Shown in pieces: positions 41,237 through 55,770 of a stretch of DNA of 64,000 nt; within the stretch, counting starts at the first letter, position 1; every line of letters starts with the position of its first letter. The notes beneath the pieces were generated by a model, which was given only the letters and a program-made list of their open reading frames with translations, did not search any database and had not been told where the DNA came from. The DNA is taken from positions 37,696,001 to 37,760,000 of the forward strand of contig OZ024756.1 in the NCBI GenBank assembly GCA_964016885.1, written 5' to 3'. Position numbers and translations under genes: made by a program. This DNA comes from Eledone cirrhosa (Eukaryota).

Positions 41237-41283
<47 letters not shown>

Positions 41284-41644
41284 CACATATGTGCATGTGT
41301 ATAAATGTATGTATATAAAAATATGTGTGGGAATGTATGTTTATATGTGTGTGTGTATATATATATATATATGTGTGTGAATGTGTTTGCATGTTTTAGT
41401 GGTCATTGTCATCATAGAGGTGATGGAGGGGGAGGTGGTGGTAGACGCGGAGATGATTATGATGGTATGGTATTGGTGGTAGACAAAGATATAATTATAT
41501 TGGTAGTCATGGTGGCAGTGGTAGAGAAAGAGATGATTATAGTGGTGGTGGTGGTGGTGGTGGTGGTGGTGGTGGCAAGGAAAGGTGACTATAAGAGTGG
41601 AGATGATGAAGGTGGTAGTGGTAGTATTGCTGGTGTTTGTGGAT

Positions 41645-41676
<32 letters not shown>

Positions 41677-42157
41677 GGTGGTGTTGGTTTATGTGATGAT
41701 GGTAGTGCTGGTGGTGGGGATGGTAGTACTGGTAGTGGTGCTGTGGTGGGGATGGTAGTACTGGTGGTGCTGGGGATGGAGGTACTTGTGGTGATTGTTT
41801 GAGAAGAAAATGAATGAAATTTTCAATTACATTAATTTATTCTTGAAAGGAATATAATTGGAAAGTCCTTGTGTTGCAGTCACTGTGGCTACACTGAGAT
41901 ATCACAGGATATCACACTGTACTTTACTGTGAATACCACAGTATAGTGACAGTAAAGTCCACTATGATATCACATATTGTACTTTATTGTGAGTACAATT
42001 TGATGTCACACACTGTACTTTACTGTGACATCACATTTTACTTGATGCTGACTGTAATAGGATATTCAGCATATGTATAAAACTGTACAAGTATTTGTAT
42101 AATATATATATATCACCATCGCCATTTTATGTTCACTTTTCCCTGCTTACATATATA

Positions 42158-42311
42158 CCGTATTTCCCAGCACTGAAGACGCTTCGTCCTCAAGAACTCA
42201 CCCTAATTTTGAAAAACAATAATAAACAACCTTCAGCCTCCAGGACACATCGTAGATTTTTAAGACTTATTTTAGGAAAAAAGTAGCATCTTCTATGTCG
42301 GGGAAATACGG
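42158..42311. mobile_element. Tc1/mariner (pogo-like) MITE
   Basis: TA|CCGTATTTCCC...GGGAAATACGG|TA. Confidence 0.8.
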
Positions 42312-42524
42312 TATATATCATCATCATCATTTTACGTCCGCTTTTCCCTGTTTGCAAGGGTGGAACGGGTCCTATTCAGCACAGCATCTCTCCACTTGTG
42401 ACGGTCCTTCGTCATCTCCTCCGTGAGTCTCAGCGATCTGAGGACTGCTCATGCACTGGGGTTGATATAATGTTGGCCTTGTGCCTAAATCAGAAGCAAT
42501 TATTATTATTATTATTAGTAGTAG

Positions 42525-42905
42525 TAGTATCGGTAGAGGGTCAAACACCATGCTTTGCAGCATAGAGTTACAACCCTTTTAGTCTGAGTTCAAATCCCGC
42601 CGAGGTTAACTTTGCCTTCATCCTTATGGGGTCGATAAAATAAAGTACCGGTAATGCACTGGGATAATTACTGGCCTTGTACCAAATGTAGAAACAATTA
42701 TTATTATAAGAGATGGGTTGACAAGGTCATTAAGTTTTGGCAAAAGATTTTGTAGCATTTTCCCTCTCTTTAAGTTTTACATTCAAATCTGTCTTTTATC
42801 CTTCAGGGGTCAATAAAATAAAGAACCAGTTAAATAATGGGGGTCAATATAATTGACTTTCCATTCCCTAAAATTGCTGGCCTTGTGCCTAAATTTGAAA
42901 TGATT
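42525..42905 (+). mobile_element. SINE family A, a young copy plus an old copy
   Basis: Family A body occurs twice. Confidence 0.75.
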
Positions 42906-43229
42906 AAAAACAAAACAAAAAAACACCACCACCTTTATAAAACATAAAAGTTGTAATGTTCCACTTGAAGTATCTCACAGTTTAGATAGAGTTTGTTGTG
43001 TTAAATATTCCTTATTTAGTGGAGGTGAAGGGTGGGATAGGGTGGTGGTAGGGGTGGTGGTGGAGTGGTGCAGCAGACCTGCATATCTCAGACAGAACCA
43101 TTCCTTGAGATTGTTATTGGTGCAGACATTCAATCTGTGGTGCAGTCATGCACATGTGCATATATGCATCGTAAGTGCTGTTTTAATCCTTCCAAACGCA
43201 ACCCCCCATCCCCCTCTCTCTCTCTCCCC

Positions 43230-43261
<32 letters not shown>

Positions 43262-44046
43262 CTATGTCTGTCTCTCTCTCTCTCTCTACAAAGTAAAAAT
43301 CTTTTTCACAAAAGTGGGTTATATCTTAAGAATCCCTTGACTTTTCATGTATGTATGTATGTATGTATATATATATATGTATGTATGTATGTATATATAT
43401 GTATATATATAAAAATGTGTGTATATATATGTACATTTGTGTGTATTTGTGTGCATGTATATGTATGTAGGTATGTATGAATCTGAGTATGTATGTATAT
43501 ATACATTTGTATGTGTATTTGTGTATATGTGTGCATATATATGTATGTAGGTATGCATGAGTCTGAGTGTGTGCATGTGTATGTATGTTTTTGTATGTAT
43601 ATGTATGTATATGTGTGTGTATGTGTATTGGTGGTAGTAATGGTGTGGTAGTGAGCATTGTGAGTGCCTGCGCAGCAGCAGCTGTTTGTTGGGAAATGTT
43701 TCAAAACTTATTGTACAATTAGTTTCAATACATACATGCATATACATATATATACATATATACACACACAAGTACATACATGTATATATATATGTGTGTG
43801 TGTGTGTATGTACGTGTATATATATATATATATGTATACACATATACATATATATACACATAGATATGTATATATATACATATATATGTATGTATATATA
43901 TATATGTGTATATATATGTATTTATGTATGTATGTATATATATATGTGTGTATATATGTGTATTTATATATGTTTGTATGTATATGTGTATATATATATA
44001 TGTATATATGTGTGTGTGTATATATGTGTATTTATATATATATATA

Positions 44047-44091
<45 letters not shown>

Positions 44092-44862
44092 ATATATGTG
44101 CATGTGTGTATTATATAGTAACCCCAATATTAATACTGACCTCACTCTTCCCCCTGCACCATCCCCCTCCTTCTAATTGAGGACTTGAAAAAGTGTTACA
44201 GAATTGTGGTGGCAGTGGTGGTGGTGGTAATGGTTGTTGTGTGGTTGTGGTGGGAGTGGTGGTGGTAGTGGTTGTTGTGTGGTTGTGGTGGGAGTGGTGG
44301 TGGTGGTCGTCGTTGTGGTGGTAGTGGTGGTGGTAATGGTTGTTTGGTTGTGGTGGTAGTGGTGGTGGTGGTCGTCGTTGTGGTGGTAGTGGTGGTGGTA
44401 ATGGTTGTTTGGTTGTGGTGGTAGTGGTGTGGTCGTAATGGTGGTGGTAATGGTTGTGGTGGTAATAGTTGTGTGGTAGTGGTGGTGGTGGTGTGGTCGT
44501 AATGGTGGTGGTGGTGGTGTGGTCGTAATGGTGGTGGTAGTGGTGGTCGTTGTGGTGGTAATAGTTGTTGTGTGGTTGTGGTGGTGGTGGTGAAAGTGCC
44601 TGAAGGGGTGAGATGATAGAAACAAAGAGAGAAGGAGATAGATAGAAGGAGAAAGAGAATTAACCAAAATTTCTATTCTTTACACTCTACCACAAATCAG
44701 GGAATAATTTTTAGTTAAATCAAAGAAATTTCCAAAAAAATAAAATAAAACAATCGACACAAAAAAATTTTTTTTTTAAATTTTAATCTGTTTATTTGTG
44801 TGTGTTTGTGTTTATGTACATGTGTGTATATATGTGTGAGTTTATAGGTGTGTATATGTATG

Positions 44863-44898
<36 letters not shown>

Positions 44899-45311
44899 CC
44901 TTCATTTTGTTATCAGCTTCATTGATCTGAGATAATTAGATTATATAATTGTAGATATAATGTGTGTATATATATATATGTGTGTGTATGTATCTATATG
45001 TATATATTATAGTATTTTTATCTCTTAATTAGTTCTGTAATGCAATATTTACACAGGTTTTCTATGCAGAACCATTGTTGGGCTTTTGGCAACAAATTGG
45101 AAAATTCTAATGCTCTCTCTCACTCTCTCTCTCTTTCTCTCTCTCCCCATCTCTCTCTCTCTCCTATTTATTTGCTGTTTTGTTCTGCAACAAACCACAG
45201 TCCACACTCATATATGCGCACACTCACATACAAATACGTTCACATATACACACACACACACACATATACATACACTCACATACAAATATGTTCACATATA
45301 CACACACACAC

Positions 45312-45354
<43 letters not shown>

Positions 45355-46056
45355 CACTCACATGCACACACTTAAAAACACTCCGATACACATGCATAAA
45401 TATATTCACATCACATACACACATATAAATAGCCCCATACACACACACACAGATGTAGGTACATTCACAAACACACGCATATATATATACACTCACATAC
45501 ACATTCAATTATTCACGCACACACACTTATAAATACATTCACACACACACTTATAAATACATTCACACACACACTTATAGATACACACACTCACACACAA
45601 TAGTAGTATGCAAGGATGTATTCTTTATTATTTTCAAAATTAATTAAAAATCAAGTACAGTGTCTTTCATTAGAAATATGGTAACAAAAGGGTTAAGCTC
45701 TGGGTTTATGGCATGGAATAAACGAGACCCCCCCCCCCCCCCTCTTATTTTATTACAGTTGATATTGATTTCTTACATCATATCGATTTTTATGTTATGT
45801 AACGTATTGATTTTTCTTATGTTGTGTTTCAGTTGATCTGTTAACTCATTTCCTAACCACTGCCAGACAAGTCCTTTCCAATCTTTTCATTGCCAAGTCT
45901 CTCTACCCCTGTTCATTTAAAATGTTTATATTTATCTCAGTCTCTACCCCTGTTCATTTAAAGTGTTTATATATATATATATATATATATAAAACCTTAT
46001 AACATAATTTTATTGAAGAACTTTTGTTATGTTCCAAGTCTCTCTACCCCTATCAT

Positions 46057-46280
46057 TTAACCCTTTAGCATTTACATTACTCTATATATACTATTGTATT
46101 TTCACAGTAAAGTCTGTACCTCACATAATTATCTCACATAATATCAAATCTATGAGATTTTGATATTATCTATTTTGAGAACAATACCTTAACATCAGTA
46201 TGAGTGGCCGATTACAGTCAGTTTGAACAGAAAAGGGTGAGAGAATTCTGGCCGGATGCGACCAGTTTAAATGCTAAAGT
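46057..46280. mobile_element. piggyBac-like MITE
   Basis: ttaaccctttagcattta...taaatgctaaagtg. Confidence 0.8.
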
Positions 46281-46582
46281 GTTTATATTTATCCCAAAAA
46301 AATCTTCTAATATAATTTCATGTAAGAACTTTTGTTATGTTCCAATCATCAACTTATTAATAAGAAAGTTAGCTTTATCACTAAAACCTCTCCAAAATCT
46401 TGATCAAATCATCGGAATACTGGATGATATGATCAGAGACACATACTGTATTTAAGGTCAAGTGACGCAACTTCGAGTGATCAGCGGCGTTTAGACTCAC
46501 CTGATCAATGAAACAATTGTTAATACTGTAAATAAAACCCTTTTTGTACAGCCGACCATGTTATTATTCACTCTTTCACTAC

Positions 46583-46614
<32 letters not shown>

Positions 46615-47386
46615 TATATATATATGCAAATTACTTTCACTGTGAATTTGCAAAAGGGAAAGGCTTCTCTCAAAAATGTAATCATATAGCTGTACCTAGA
46701 ATGGTAGCATGTTTCTAGAGGACTCACACAAATAGAGAAACATTTAATCTGATGCTCTACCAACTTAATTTGTTGTCTTTATCATATTACATCTTTTATA
46801 CAGAAACTTTTGTTAATTGATTCAAATACAGTGCATGTCATTAGTAGTATGGTAATGAAAAGTTTCAAGTCTACATCATTCAAGAAGTGTGAGGTTTGCT
46901 CTCTAAGCTACTTAACACTCTTATTTCAACTAATTAATGAAGTTTTGGGATATTTATTAACATTATTAATTATTCATTGTATGTGTGTAGAAAGCCAAAT
47001 GTTCTGGTGGAGTAGTAGGAGCTCCATAATGACATACAGTGTTTTTAGAGGCAGTTTAAAGCTGGCAAAGACCAGCAAGTCTCCAGGTTGGAATACAGCC
47101 AATTTCTTCCAAAGAAGGAGAGACAATAGTGGAGAGAAATAGAGCAAGAATTGACTCAGTATTGAACTGGTACTGTTTGTTTGTATCCACCGTGAAAGCA
47201 CAAAAGACAAATTGACTTTGGCAGGATTTAAACTCAGAGTATAGAGAGCCAGTACAAATACTGCAAAGCATTCCATTCAACATTCTGATGATTCTGCCAA
47301 TTTGCTGCCTTAATTATTTCATTACAAAGATAAGTACATATAGATCTTATAGAATTATGCTGGAGATTTTAATTTATATAGGAACA

Positions 47387-47618
47387 TTTAACCCTTTAGC
47401 ATTTACATTACTCTATATTTACTATTGTATTTTCACGGTAAAGGTTTTACCTGACATAATTATTTCACATAATATCGAATTGATGAGATTTTAATGTTAT
47501 TTATTTTAAAAACAATAGCTTAACATCAGTATGAGCCGCCAGTTATGGCTGGTTTGAACAGAAAAATAGGTGAGAGAATTCTGGCCAGATACGGCCGGTT
47601 TAGATGCTAAAGGGTTAA
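47387..47618. mobile_element. piggyBac-like MITE
   Basis: ttaaccctttagcattta...tagatgctaaagggttaa. Confidence 0.85.
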
Positions 47619-48167
47619 AATGGTTGATTTTGTTTTATAGAAGCAGAGACAGTCTGGGCCAGGTTGATACCAAAGGGGTTAACATTGATGAAAGCAGGGG
47701 ATGATTGCGAGGACCGGGGGGGGGGGGGGGGGTTAATCCTTTGGCTTGTGACATTAACTTTTAACAACCCCCTTCATCACTTAGTCAAGCACCTTGACAG
47801 CCCCAGCACTAATGACATGACCGGACATGAACCACCAACCCTACCACCCATCAGACCACCCCATTCCACCCTCCATTAACCCCTACCTTGTTCACTGTCG
47901 CCACATTTTAGGTATAGATAACCCATAATTGTATTAATATGGTTTCATGCTTAATTGGCTGGTTAATTAGAGGTTCTGTTGTAATAGAAACAGCAGCCAC
48001 AGGAAATGACCACCACCTCCTTTGCTGTCACCTCCCCTCCCCCCACTCGTCCGTCATGGTGATAGGTGTGGTGGGGGGAGACTAGTATAAATCTGTCATA
48101 ATTTAGTATAATTGCTAATGACCAGTTGTCAACCTCCTTTCTTCTTTCACTGTGCTTTCAAATAGAG

Positions 48168-49352
48168 CTTGTTGTTGTTGTTCTTGTTGGTGTTGGTGTT
48201 GTTCTTCTTGGTGTTGGTGTTGTTGTTGTTCTTCTTGGTGTTGGTGTTGGTGTTGTTGTTGTTGGTGTTGGTGTTGTTCTTCTTGGTGTTGGTGTTGTTG
48301 TTGTTCTTCTTGGTGTTGGTGTTGGTGTTGTTGGTGTTGGTGTTGTTCTTCTTGGTGTTGGTGTTGTTGTTGTTCTTCTTGGTGTTGGTGTTGTTGTTGT
48401 TGGTGTTGGTGTTGTTGGTGTTGGTGTTGTTGGTGTTGGTGTTGTTGTTGTTGGTGTTGGTGTTGTTGTTGTTCTTCTTGGTGTTGGTGTTGGTGTTGTT
48501 GTTGTTGGTGTTGGTGTTGTTGTTGTTCTTCTTGGTGTTGGTGTTGTTGGTGTTGGTGTTGTTGGTGTTGGTGTTGGTGTTGTTGTTGTTGGTGTTGGTG
48601 TTGTTGTTGTTCTTCTTGGTGTTGGTGTTGTTGTTGTTGGTGTTGGTGTTGTTGTTCTTCTTGGTGTTGTTGTTGTTGGTGTTGGTGTTGTTGTTGGTGT
48701 TGTTGGTGGTGGTGTTGTTGGTGTTGGTGGTGTTGTTGGTGGTGTTGTTGTTGTTGGTGTTGGTGTTGGTGGTGTTGTTGGTGTTGGTGGTGTTGTTGGT
48801 GGTGTTGTTGTTGTTGGTGTTGGTGTTGGTGGTGTTGGTGGTGGTGTTGGTGGTGTTGGTGGTGTTGTTGGTGGTGTTGTTGTTGTTGGTGTTGGTGTTG
48901 GTGGTGTTGGTGGTGTTGGTGGTGTTGGTGGTGGTGTTGTTGGTGGTGTTGTTGTTGTTGGTGTTGGTGTTGGTGGTGTTGGTGTTGTTCTTGTTGTTGG
49001 TGTTGGTGTTGTTGTTGTTCTTCTTGGTGTTGGTGTTGGTGTTGTTGGTGGTTGGTGTTGGTGTTGGTGGTGGTGTTGTTGGTGGTGTTGTTGTTGTTGG
49101 TGTTGGTGTTGGTGGTGTTGGTGGTGTTGGTGTTGTTGGTGGTGTTGGTGTTGGTGTTGGTGGTGTTGGTGGTGTTGGTGGTGGTGTTGTTGGTGGTGTT
49201 CTTGGTGTTGGTGTTGTTGCTGTTGTTCTTGTTGTTGGTGTTGGTGTTGTTCTTGTTGGTGTTCTTGGTGTTGTTCTTGTTGGTGTTGCTGTTGTTGCTG
49301 TGGTTATTGTTGTTGGTGTTCTTTGTGTTGTTCTTGTTGGTGTTGGTGTTTA
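48168..49352. repeat. 1.2-kb (GTT/GGT/CTT)n trinucleotide array
   Basis: Directly visible; almost no A on the + strand. Confidence 0.95.
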
Positions 49353-49381
49353 ACTGCTGAGGTGGTATAAAGGGAGATAAA

Positions 49382-49457
49382 CAGGGTGTCCTCAAAAAAT
49401 GTATACACACTTCACAACATTCTAATCAAAGTGTATATATTTTTGGGGGCCTCCCTG
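49382..49457. mobile_element. 76-bp Tc1/mariner-type mini-MITE
   Basis: CAGGGTGTCCTCAAAAAATGTATACACACTT...AAGTGTATATATTTTTGGGGGCCTCCCTG|TA; related copy at ~13842-13917. Confidence 0.7.
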
Positions 49458-52025
49458 TATATGTTTGTGTGTGTGATGGAGGGAAGCGAAGGTGAGAATT
49501 AGGGAGACACCTGATTGTGTGTGTGTGTGATGGTGAAGTTGTGTGTATGTGAGAGAGAAAAAGGTTGTGAGGTGGGTGAGAAGGGGGTTGTATGTGGTTT
49601 AATTACAGGTGTTTGGATATTTTCCTAAAATATATAAACTCTGTTTTAAAATTTAGCCCCCCCCTCTCCCTTCTCTCTCTCCCTTTATATATATATATAG
49701 GGGGGGGGAGCAGTGTCCAGTGGGAGAGAGGACAGCTGTTAGGAAGGTCAGAGGTTAGAGTAATATGTGTGTGGTTTTCTAAATATGGGGATTTGATTAC
49801 CAGTTTGATACCAGCAGTCTGCAGGTAGTAGCACCGATTGTTCCATTAATATATCCATCTACCTGTGAATTAGCAGAGTAATTAAGCACAGAGATCCTTG
49901 ACCCACACTCCATCGTCTTCATCGACACCCCCAGGCATGTACAAAAATAAATATATTACATTGGAAGGTTTTGTTTTGATAAATATTAACACTTTATGCC
50001 CTCCATTATGAAAGAAATTGCCTAGGATTTTCAAATAATATAACAAACTTTCTCAATATTAACCCTTTTGTTACCATATTTCTAATGAAAGAGCCTGTCT
50101 ATGATTTTGTTGGTTGGCTGGTTTGTGTGTTGGTTGATTGGTTTACTGCTTGGATGTTTTGTTGCTTAGCTGTTTGCTTGGTTGCTTGCTTGCTTGGTTG
50201 AATAGTTGGTTGGTTGGCTGGTTATTTGGTTGGTTGCTTGCTTGAATGGTTGGTTGGTTGTTTGGTTGCCTGATTGCTTGGCTAGTTATTAGTTTGGTTG
50301 CTTGGTTGGTTGCTTGGCTGGTTGTCAGTTTGGTTGGAGAAACACAGAAACATATACAGACAAACAGATATGGATGGAGAGACAGAAACAGACAAATGGA
50401 CAGAGAGGGAGAGAGAGACACATAGATAGAGAGATTCAGGCAGAGAGAGAGAGACAGACAGACATAGACAAATGGACAGACAGACAGATAGAGAGACAGA
50501 GAGACATATAGAGAGAGAGATTCACAGACAGACAGATAGACAGATTCACAGACAGACAGACAGACAGACAGTTTTATTCCTTCCGTCCAATGTTTGTTGT
50601 GTGTGCAGTGTTTACCCAGCAGCTGCAGATCACTGCAACTGCAACAATATATGTTGTAGCAGGGAGTTGCACAGTGCTGCTGGGTAGGACAGAGGTGTGG
50701 CAGGGGTTGCATAGTGGTGGAGGGAGGAGGAATAGAAATACAAGGCAGTGGTGGTGGTGGTGGTGGTGATGGTGGCGGCGGTGGTGGTGGTGTTTCCTTT
50801 GTTGTGGCACAGAATATAAACTAAGGTATGTGTGTGTGTATTGGTGTTATGATTGTGCCTCTGTGTGTGTGTGTGTGTGTATGTTTGTGTGAGATTAGTG
50901 TATTTATGATTGTGCATGTGCAGTGTGTGTGTGTGATTCCATGCATGTGTATATGTTTTGGTTATGTGTGTGTGTGTGTGTGTGGTTATTCAGAGGTGAG
51001 AAGTGGGAGGTGGGAGAGAAAGTGAGGGTTGTAAAATGTCCCCGTCCCCATGAACATTATTATTGTCATCATCGTCATCATCTGATGGATAGGCAGAATC
51101 GGTAGAGCATCGGAACAAAATGGTGTGTAGTGTATGGTTATATCCCTTTATGTTCTGATTTGAAATTCTCCCCTCACCCCAGAGGTCAATTTTACCTTTC
51201 ATCCTTCTGGAGTAGAGGTGGTGGTGGTGATAGTGGTTGTTGTTGTTGTGGTGGTGGTGGTGGTGGTGGTGGTGGTAGTTGTGGTGATAGTGGTTGTTGT
51301 TGTTGTTGTGGTGATAGTGGTTGTTGTTGTTGTTGTTGTGGTGGTGGTGGTGCTGGTGGTGATAGTGGTTGTTGTTGTTGTGGTGCTGGTAATGGTGGTG
51401 TGTGGTTGTTGTGGTGATAGTTGTTGTTGTGGTGGTGGTGGTGGTGTGCCTAAATTAAAAACCAGTACTACCAACACCATCATCATCATTATCATAATCT
51501 TCATTGTCATTGTCACTATCACTAATGTTGACAGAGAGAGAGATAGGAGTAAAAGGGGAGAGAGAAAGATATATATATATAGAGAGAGAGAGGGGGGGAT
51601 AGAGAGATAGATTGAGAGAGAGAAAGATATATATATATATAGAGAGAGAGGGGGGGATAGAGAGATAGATTGAGAGAGAACAAGAAGAGGAAGATAAAGA
51701 CAGAGAAACCAAGAGAGAGAGAGAGAGTGAGAAAGAGACAAACAGAGAGGAAGGAAGAGAAAGGGTGAGTGAGACAGACAGAGAGGAAGAGAGAGAGAGA
51801 ATGATAGTCACAGTAATTTAATATTGTTCAACCATATAATCCACTTGGTATTGATGAGATTATCCAGTGTTTAGCATTATTTATTTATATCTAGTTTATT
51901 GTCCAACCCTTGCTAGTAGGGAAGACCCAGTGTTAAATGATGATGATGATGATGTTTATATAGTGTGTGTATGTGTGTATATATATATAGTTGTTATATA
52001 GTAAGGTGTATATGCCTTTGGACCT

Positions 52026-52065
<40 letters not shown>

Positions 52066-52129
52066 AGGTCCACAACTACAGATGAGCTCAACAGAGACGT
52101 CTGAAATCGCTCATTTTTTTTTTTTTTTT

Positions 52130-52429
52130 TCATTTTACATCCGCTTTTTCCCTGCTTGCAAGGGTGGGATGGGAACTGATTCTGGCTTGATTTCTACAGC
52201 TGGATGCCCTTCCTAACACCAACCTCATTTACAGTGAGTGCTGGGTGCTTTTTTGCAGTGGAATGATATGGACCCCAGTCCCTATCATCTCATTTCTACA
52301 GCTGAGTAAACTGGAGCAATGTGAAATAAAGTGTCTTGCTTAAGGAAACAACACATCACCCGGTCTGAGAATTGAACTCACAACCTTTCCATTGCAAGGC
52401 CAATGCTCTAACCACTAAGCCATGTGCCT
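52130..52429 (-). mobile_element. SINE family B
   Basis: Reverse complement of 27558-27890. Confidence 0.85.
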
Positions 52430-52483
52430 CATCAGAATGAAAATTTAATATGGACGTAAGATATATATATATATATGTATATA

Positions 52484-52793
52484 TATGGCTTTATGGTTAG
52501 AGTATTCGGCTCACAGTCGTATAGTTGTGAGTTTGATTCCCTGGCAGTGCATTGTGTCCTTGAGCAAGACACTTTTTTTCACCTTGTTCCAGTCCACACA
52601 GCTGGCAAAAATTAGTTCTACTTGTAATTCAAAGAGCCATCCTTGTCACATTCTTTGTCACGCTGAATCTCCTTGAGAACTACGTTAAGGGTACGCGTGT
52701 CTGTGGAATGCACAGCTACTTAAAAATGTTAATTTCACGAGCAGGCTATTCCGTTGATCGTATCAACTGGAACACTCGTCGTAACTGACGGAA

Positions 52794-52800
<7 letters not shown>
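52484..52800 (+). mobile_element. tRNA-CORE SINE with a third tail type
   Basis: tRNA-like head, gtccttgagcaagacac CORE, then an unrelated CpG-rich tail ending at (TA)n. Confidence 0.7.
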
Positions 52801-52877
<77 letters not shown>

Positions 52878-52882
52878 TGAAC

Positions 52883-52927
<45 letters not shown>

Positions 52928-53178
52928 CACACGTAGACATGGTGTTTATACAATATATATTACATGTATATTAAATATAGCAAAGTCTCCTATCTTATTA
53001 TATTTGACATAGTTCGAAAATTTCCCCAGGGAAGTCACATGTCATTCATATATGTCCTTTGAAGTTACATATGTGTATATATGTATACACATACACATAT
53101 ACACACACACACATACACACACACAAATATATATATATACACACACACAAATATATATATACACACACACAAATATAT

Positions 53179-53253
<75 letters not shown>

Positions 53254-53388
53254 GACATTTGACATATTATCATTTTCTGTTTATTTCCAATGTCAGTCCG
53301 CCTATCCCCCCATGCCCTTCACTACATAAACTATTTTAATTTCTTTATTCAATTATTTATATGCATTTATTATTTTGTTATTTTGTAG

Positions 53389-53500
53389 GTGAATGGTAAT
53401 TTGACAGAGGCTGATGCAGCAGCAGCAGCAGTAGTAGTAGTAATAATTTGTGTGCTATTATTACTACTGTTAGTTGTAGTAGAATCGAAGTTAAAAACTG
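53389..53500 (+). CDS. Candidate exon encoding a hydrophobic (signal/TM-like) segment
   Basis: Strong acceptor ttattttgttattttgtag and donor CTG|GTAAGT; open frame VNGNLTEADAAAAAVVVVIICVLLLLLLVVVESKLKT. Confidence 0.4.
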
Positions 53501-54656
53501 GTAAGTTACTGTTAGTATTAATTTTTTGATGTAACGAAATGAAGTAAAAAAAAAAAAAAATTAATTTTCAGCTCTCACATATACAGCCACATATAGACAC
53601 ATACACACATACACTCACCTATACAGCCACATATAGACACATACACACATACACTCACATATACAGCCACATATAGACACATACACACATACACTCACCT
53701 ATATCCAGCTTTAGCTGGCCTCCAATGTGGTTGTATCTTTCAGTAATATTCTTGGTTGTTTTAATGATAGAGGCCCCAGTCATGTTGTTGTATACAGATT
53801 TAGCTTGCCTCCTATTAGTCTGCATTTCATAAGAGGTTTCTTGAGTGTTTTTATAACAGGGACCTTAATCTTATCTTTATGTTACAGTTTACACCTATCC
53901 AACTTAGCCAGCCTCCCACGAGTTTGCATCTCATAGTAGAATTATTCTTGGGTGTTTTTTTTATGCTAGGAACCCTAGTCCCTTCATGTAAAACAATATG
54001 AACTGAAACATTGTGCTTAAAAACACAACACACCACCAAGACCCTGAGAGTGGGGGGGAAAAATGGGTTGGGTGGTTAGGGCAGGATTTTTGGAGGTGAG
54101 ACAGGTAAGCCCTGACTGTAGAGGAAGGACATGGGCCTGTTTGACACATCGGCTATGATCTATTGCAAAGGCCATAATTTGGACTTAACTTTCACACTTG
54201 CACATATACACACAGCAGTTGGCATCTACACACACATACAGCAGCTAACAACTACATACACACACACACTCACATACAGCAGCTAACAACTACGTACACA
54301 CACACACTCACATACAGCAGCTAACAACTACATACACACACACACATGGCATGAAAAATAAATATGTTTGTCCATGGTTTTGAAGAAACCATGGAGTGTT
54401 AGGGATAGAGAGTTTGTTGGGCTGATATGATATATTGGTTGGGTAGGTGGAGACAGGGGTTTATATGTAGCATTTAACAATAGGTAGGAGGTGTGTGACA
54501 TGAGGTAAGGGCAGCAGCAGTATATGTGTCTGTATGTATGTATGTATGTATGTGTGTGTGTGTGCTGCACACCACACTCATTCCATCTTGTTAACTATTA
54601 ATTACATGTCAAACTACCGTGAAATAGAATGCACATGTGTGTATATATGTGATATA

Positions 54657-54716
<60 letters not shown>

Positions 54717-54931
54717 TGTATATATACATATATATATATATACACACAGTGATACATGAGCACAGTCAGTCACTGACAGAATCACACTCATATGTGCATG
54801 CATAGACAGACACACATATACATCATATACATACATGCATACATGTATATAAACTGTGATTGAAAATCATATATATGTAATAATTGGGTTGTTATTTATG
54901 GGCACACATACTCTTTTACCTGTTCCAGCAC

Positions 54932-54988
<57 letters not shown>

Positions 54989-55274
54989 TGTATGTGTATA
55001 TAAGTAAGTGTATGGTTTATATAAGTACTGCCACTAAAATGTTCTACCTTTGCCAAGATAGAAAGAAAGAATTTGGAAAGTGGAATATATACACCATTAA
55101 ATCTAAAATCCATTGATGTATAATAATAATATTGTGTATAAAACATAGTGTATATAATAATGTGTATATTGTTGTTATTGTGCGTGTGTTTGTGGTGTTT
55201 ATTTAGTGACTATTATTGCTGTTGTTGTGGTGGTGGTCATATCTGGCCAATCTTGCTTGACAAGATGTTTTCAA

Positions 55275-55770
55275 AAAGGAAAGGAGCTGATCATCAGATC
55301 GGAACAAGGAAACTGTGTTTCCATTGGTTTTTGTCAATTGCTGATACTATCAGTCAGTCACAACTCCCGGTAGAAGATCGGATTCGATCATCAGATCGGA
55401 CCAAGGAATATTTATTTCCTTTCAGTTTTCAATTGCTGATGCTATCTGTTTAGCGATCAAAACTCTTGGCAGAAGAAAGTAAAAGAGTTGGTTCTCAGAT
55501 CAGACCAAGAAATTAAAGAAACTATGTTTCCATTGGTTTTTTTCCATTGCCGATACTGTCTGTTGGTCACAACTTCTGACAGAAGAAAGGAGCTGGTTGT
55601 CAGATCAGACCAAGGAAACTATCTTTCTATTAGTTTTTCCATTGATGACACTGTCTGTTGGTCATAACTTCTGACAGAAGAAAGAAGCCCATTGTCAGAT
55701 CAGCCCAAGGAAACTATCCTTCCATTGCTGATACTGTCTGTTGTCAATCACAACTCCTGGCAGAAGTATC
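55275..55770 (+). repeat. Degenerate tandem array, ~5 x ~100 bp
   Basis: Recurrent cagatcrgaccaaggaaact...ttccattg...tgctgatact...caactyctggcagaag. Confidence 0.85.

Noticed and set aside
48115-49410. 400-aa Gln/His-, Val/Gly- or Cys/Trp-rich ORFs
   Set aside because: Stop-free only because the array lacks A on one strand.
53705-53930. Possible decayed Gypsy integrase C-terminus (HWRPAK) on the minus strand
   Set aside because: Similarity is too weak and fragmented to call without a search.
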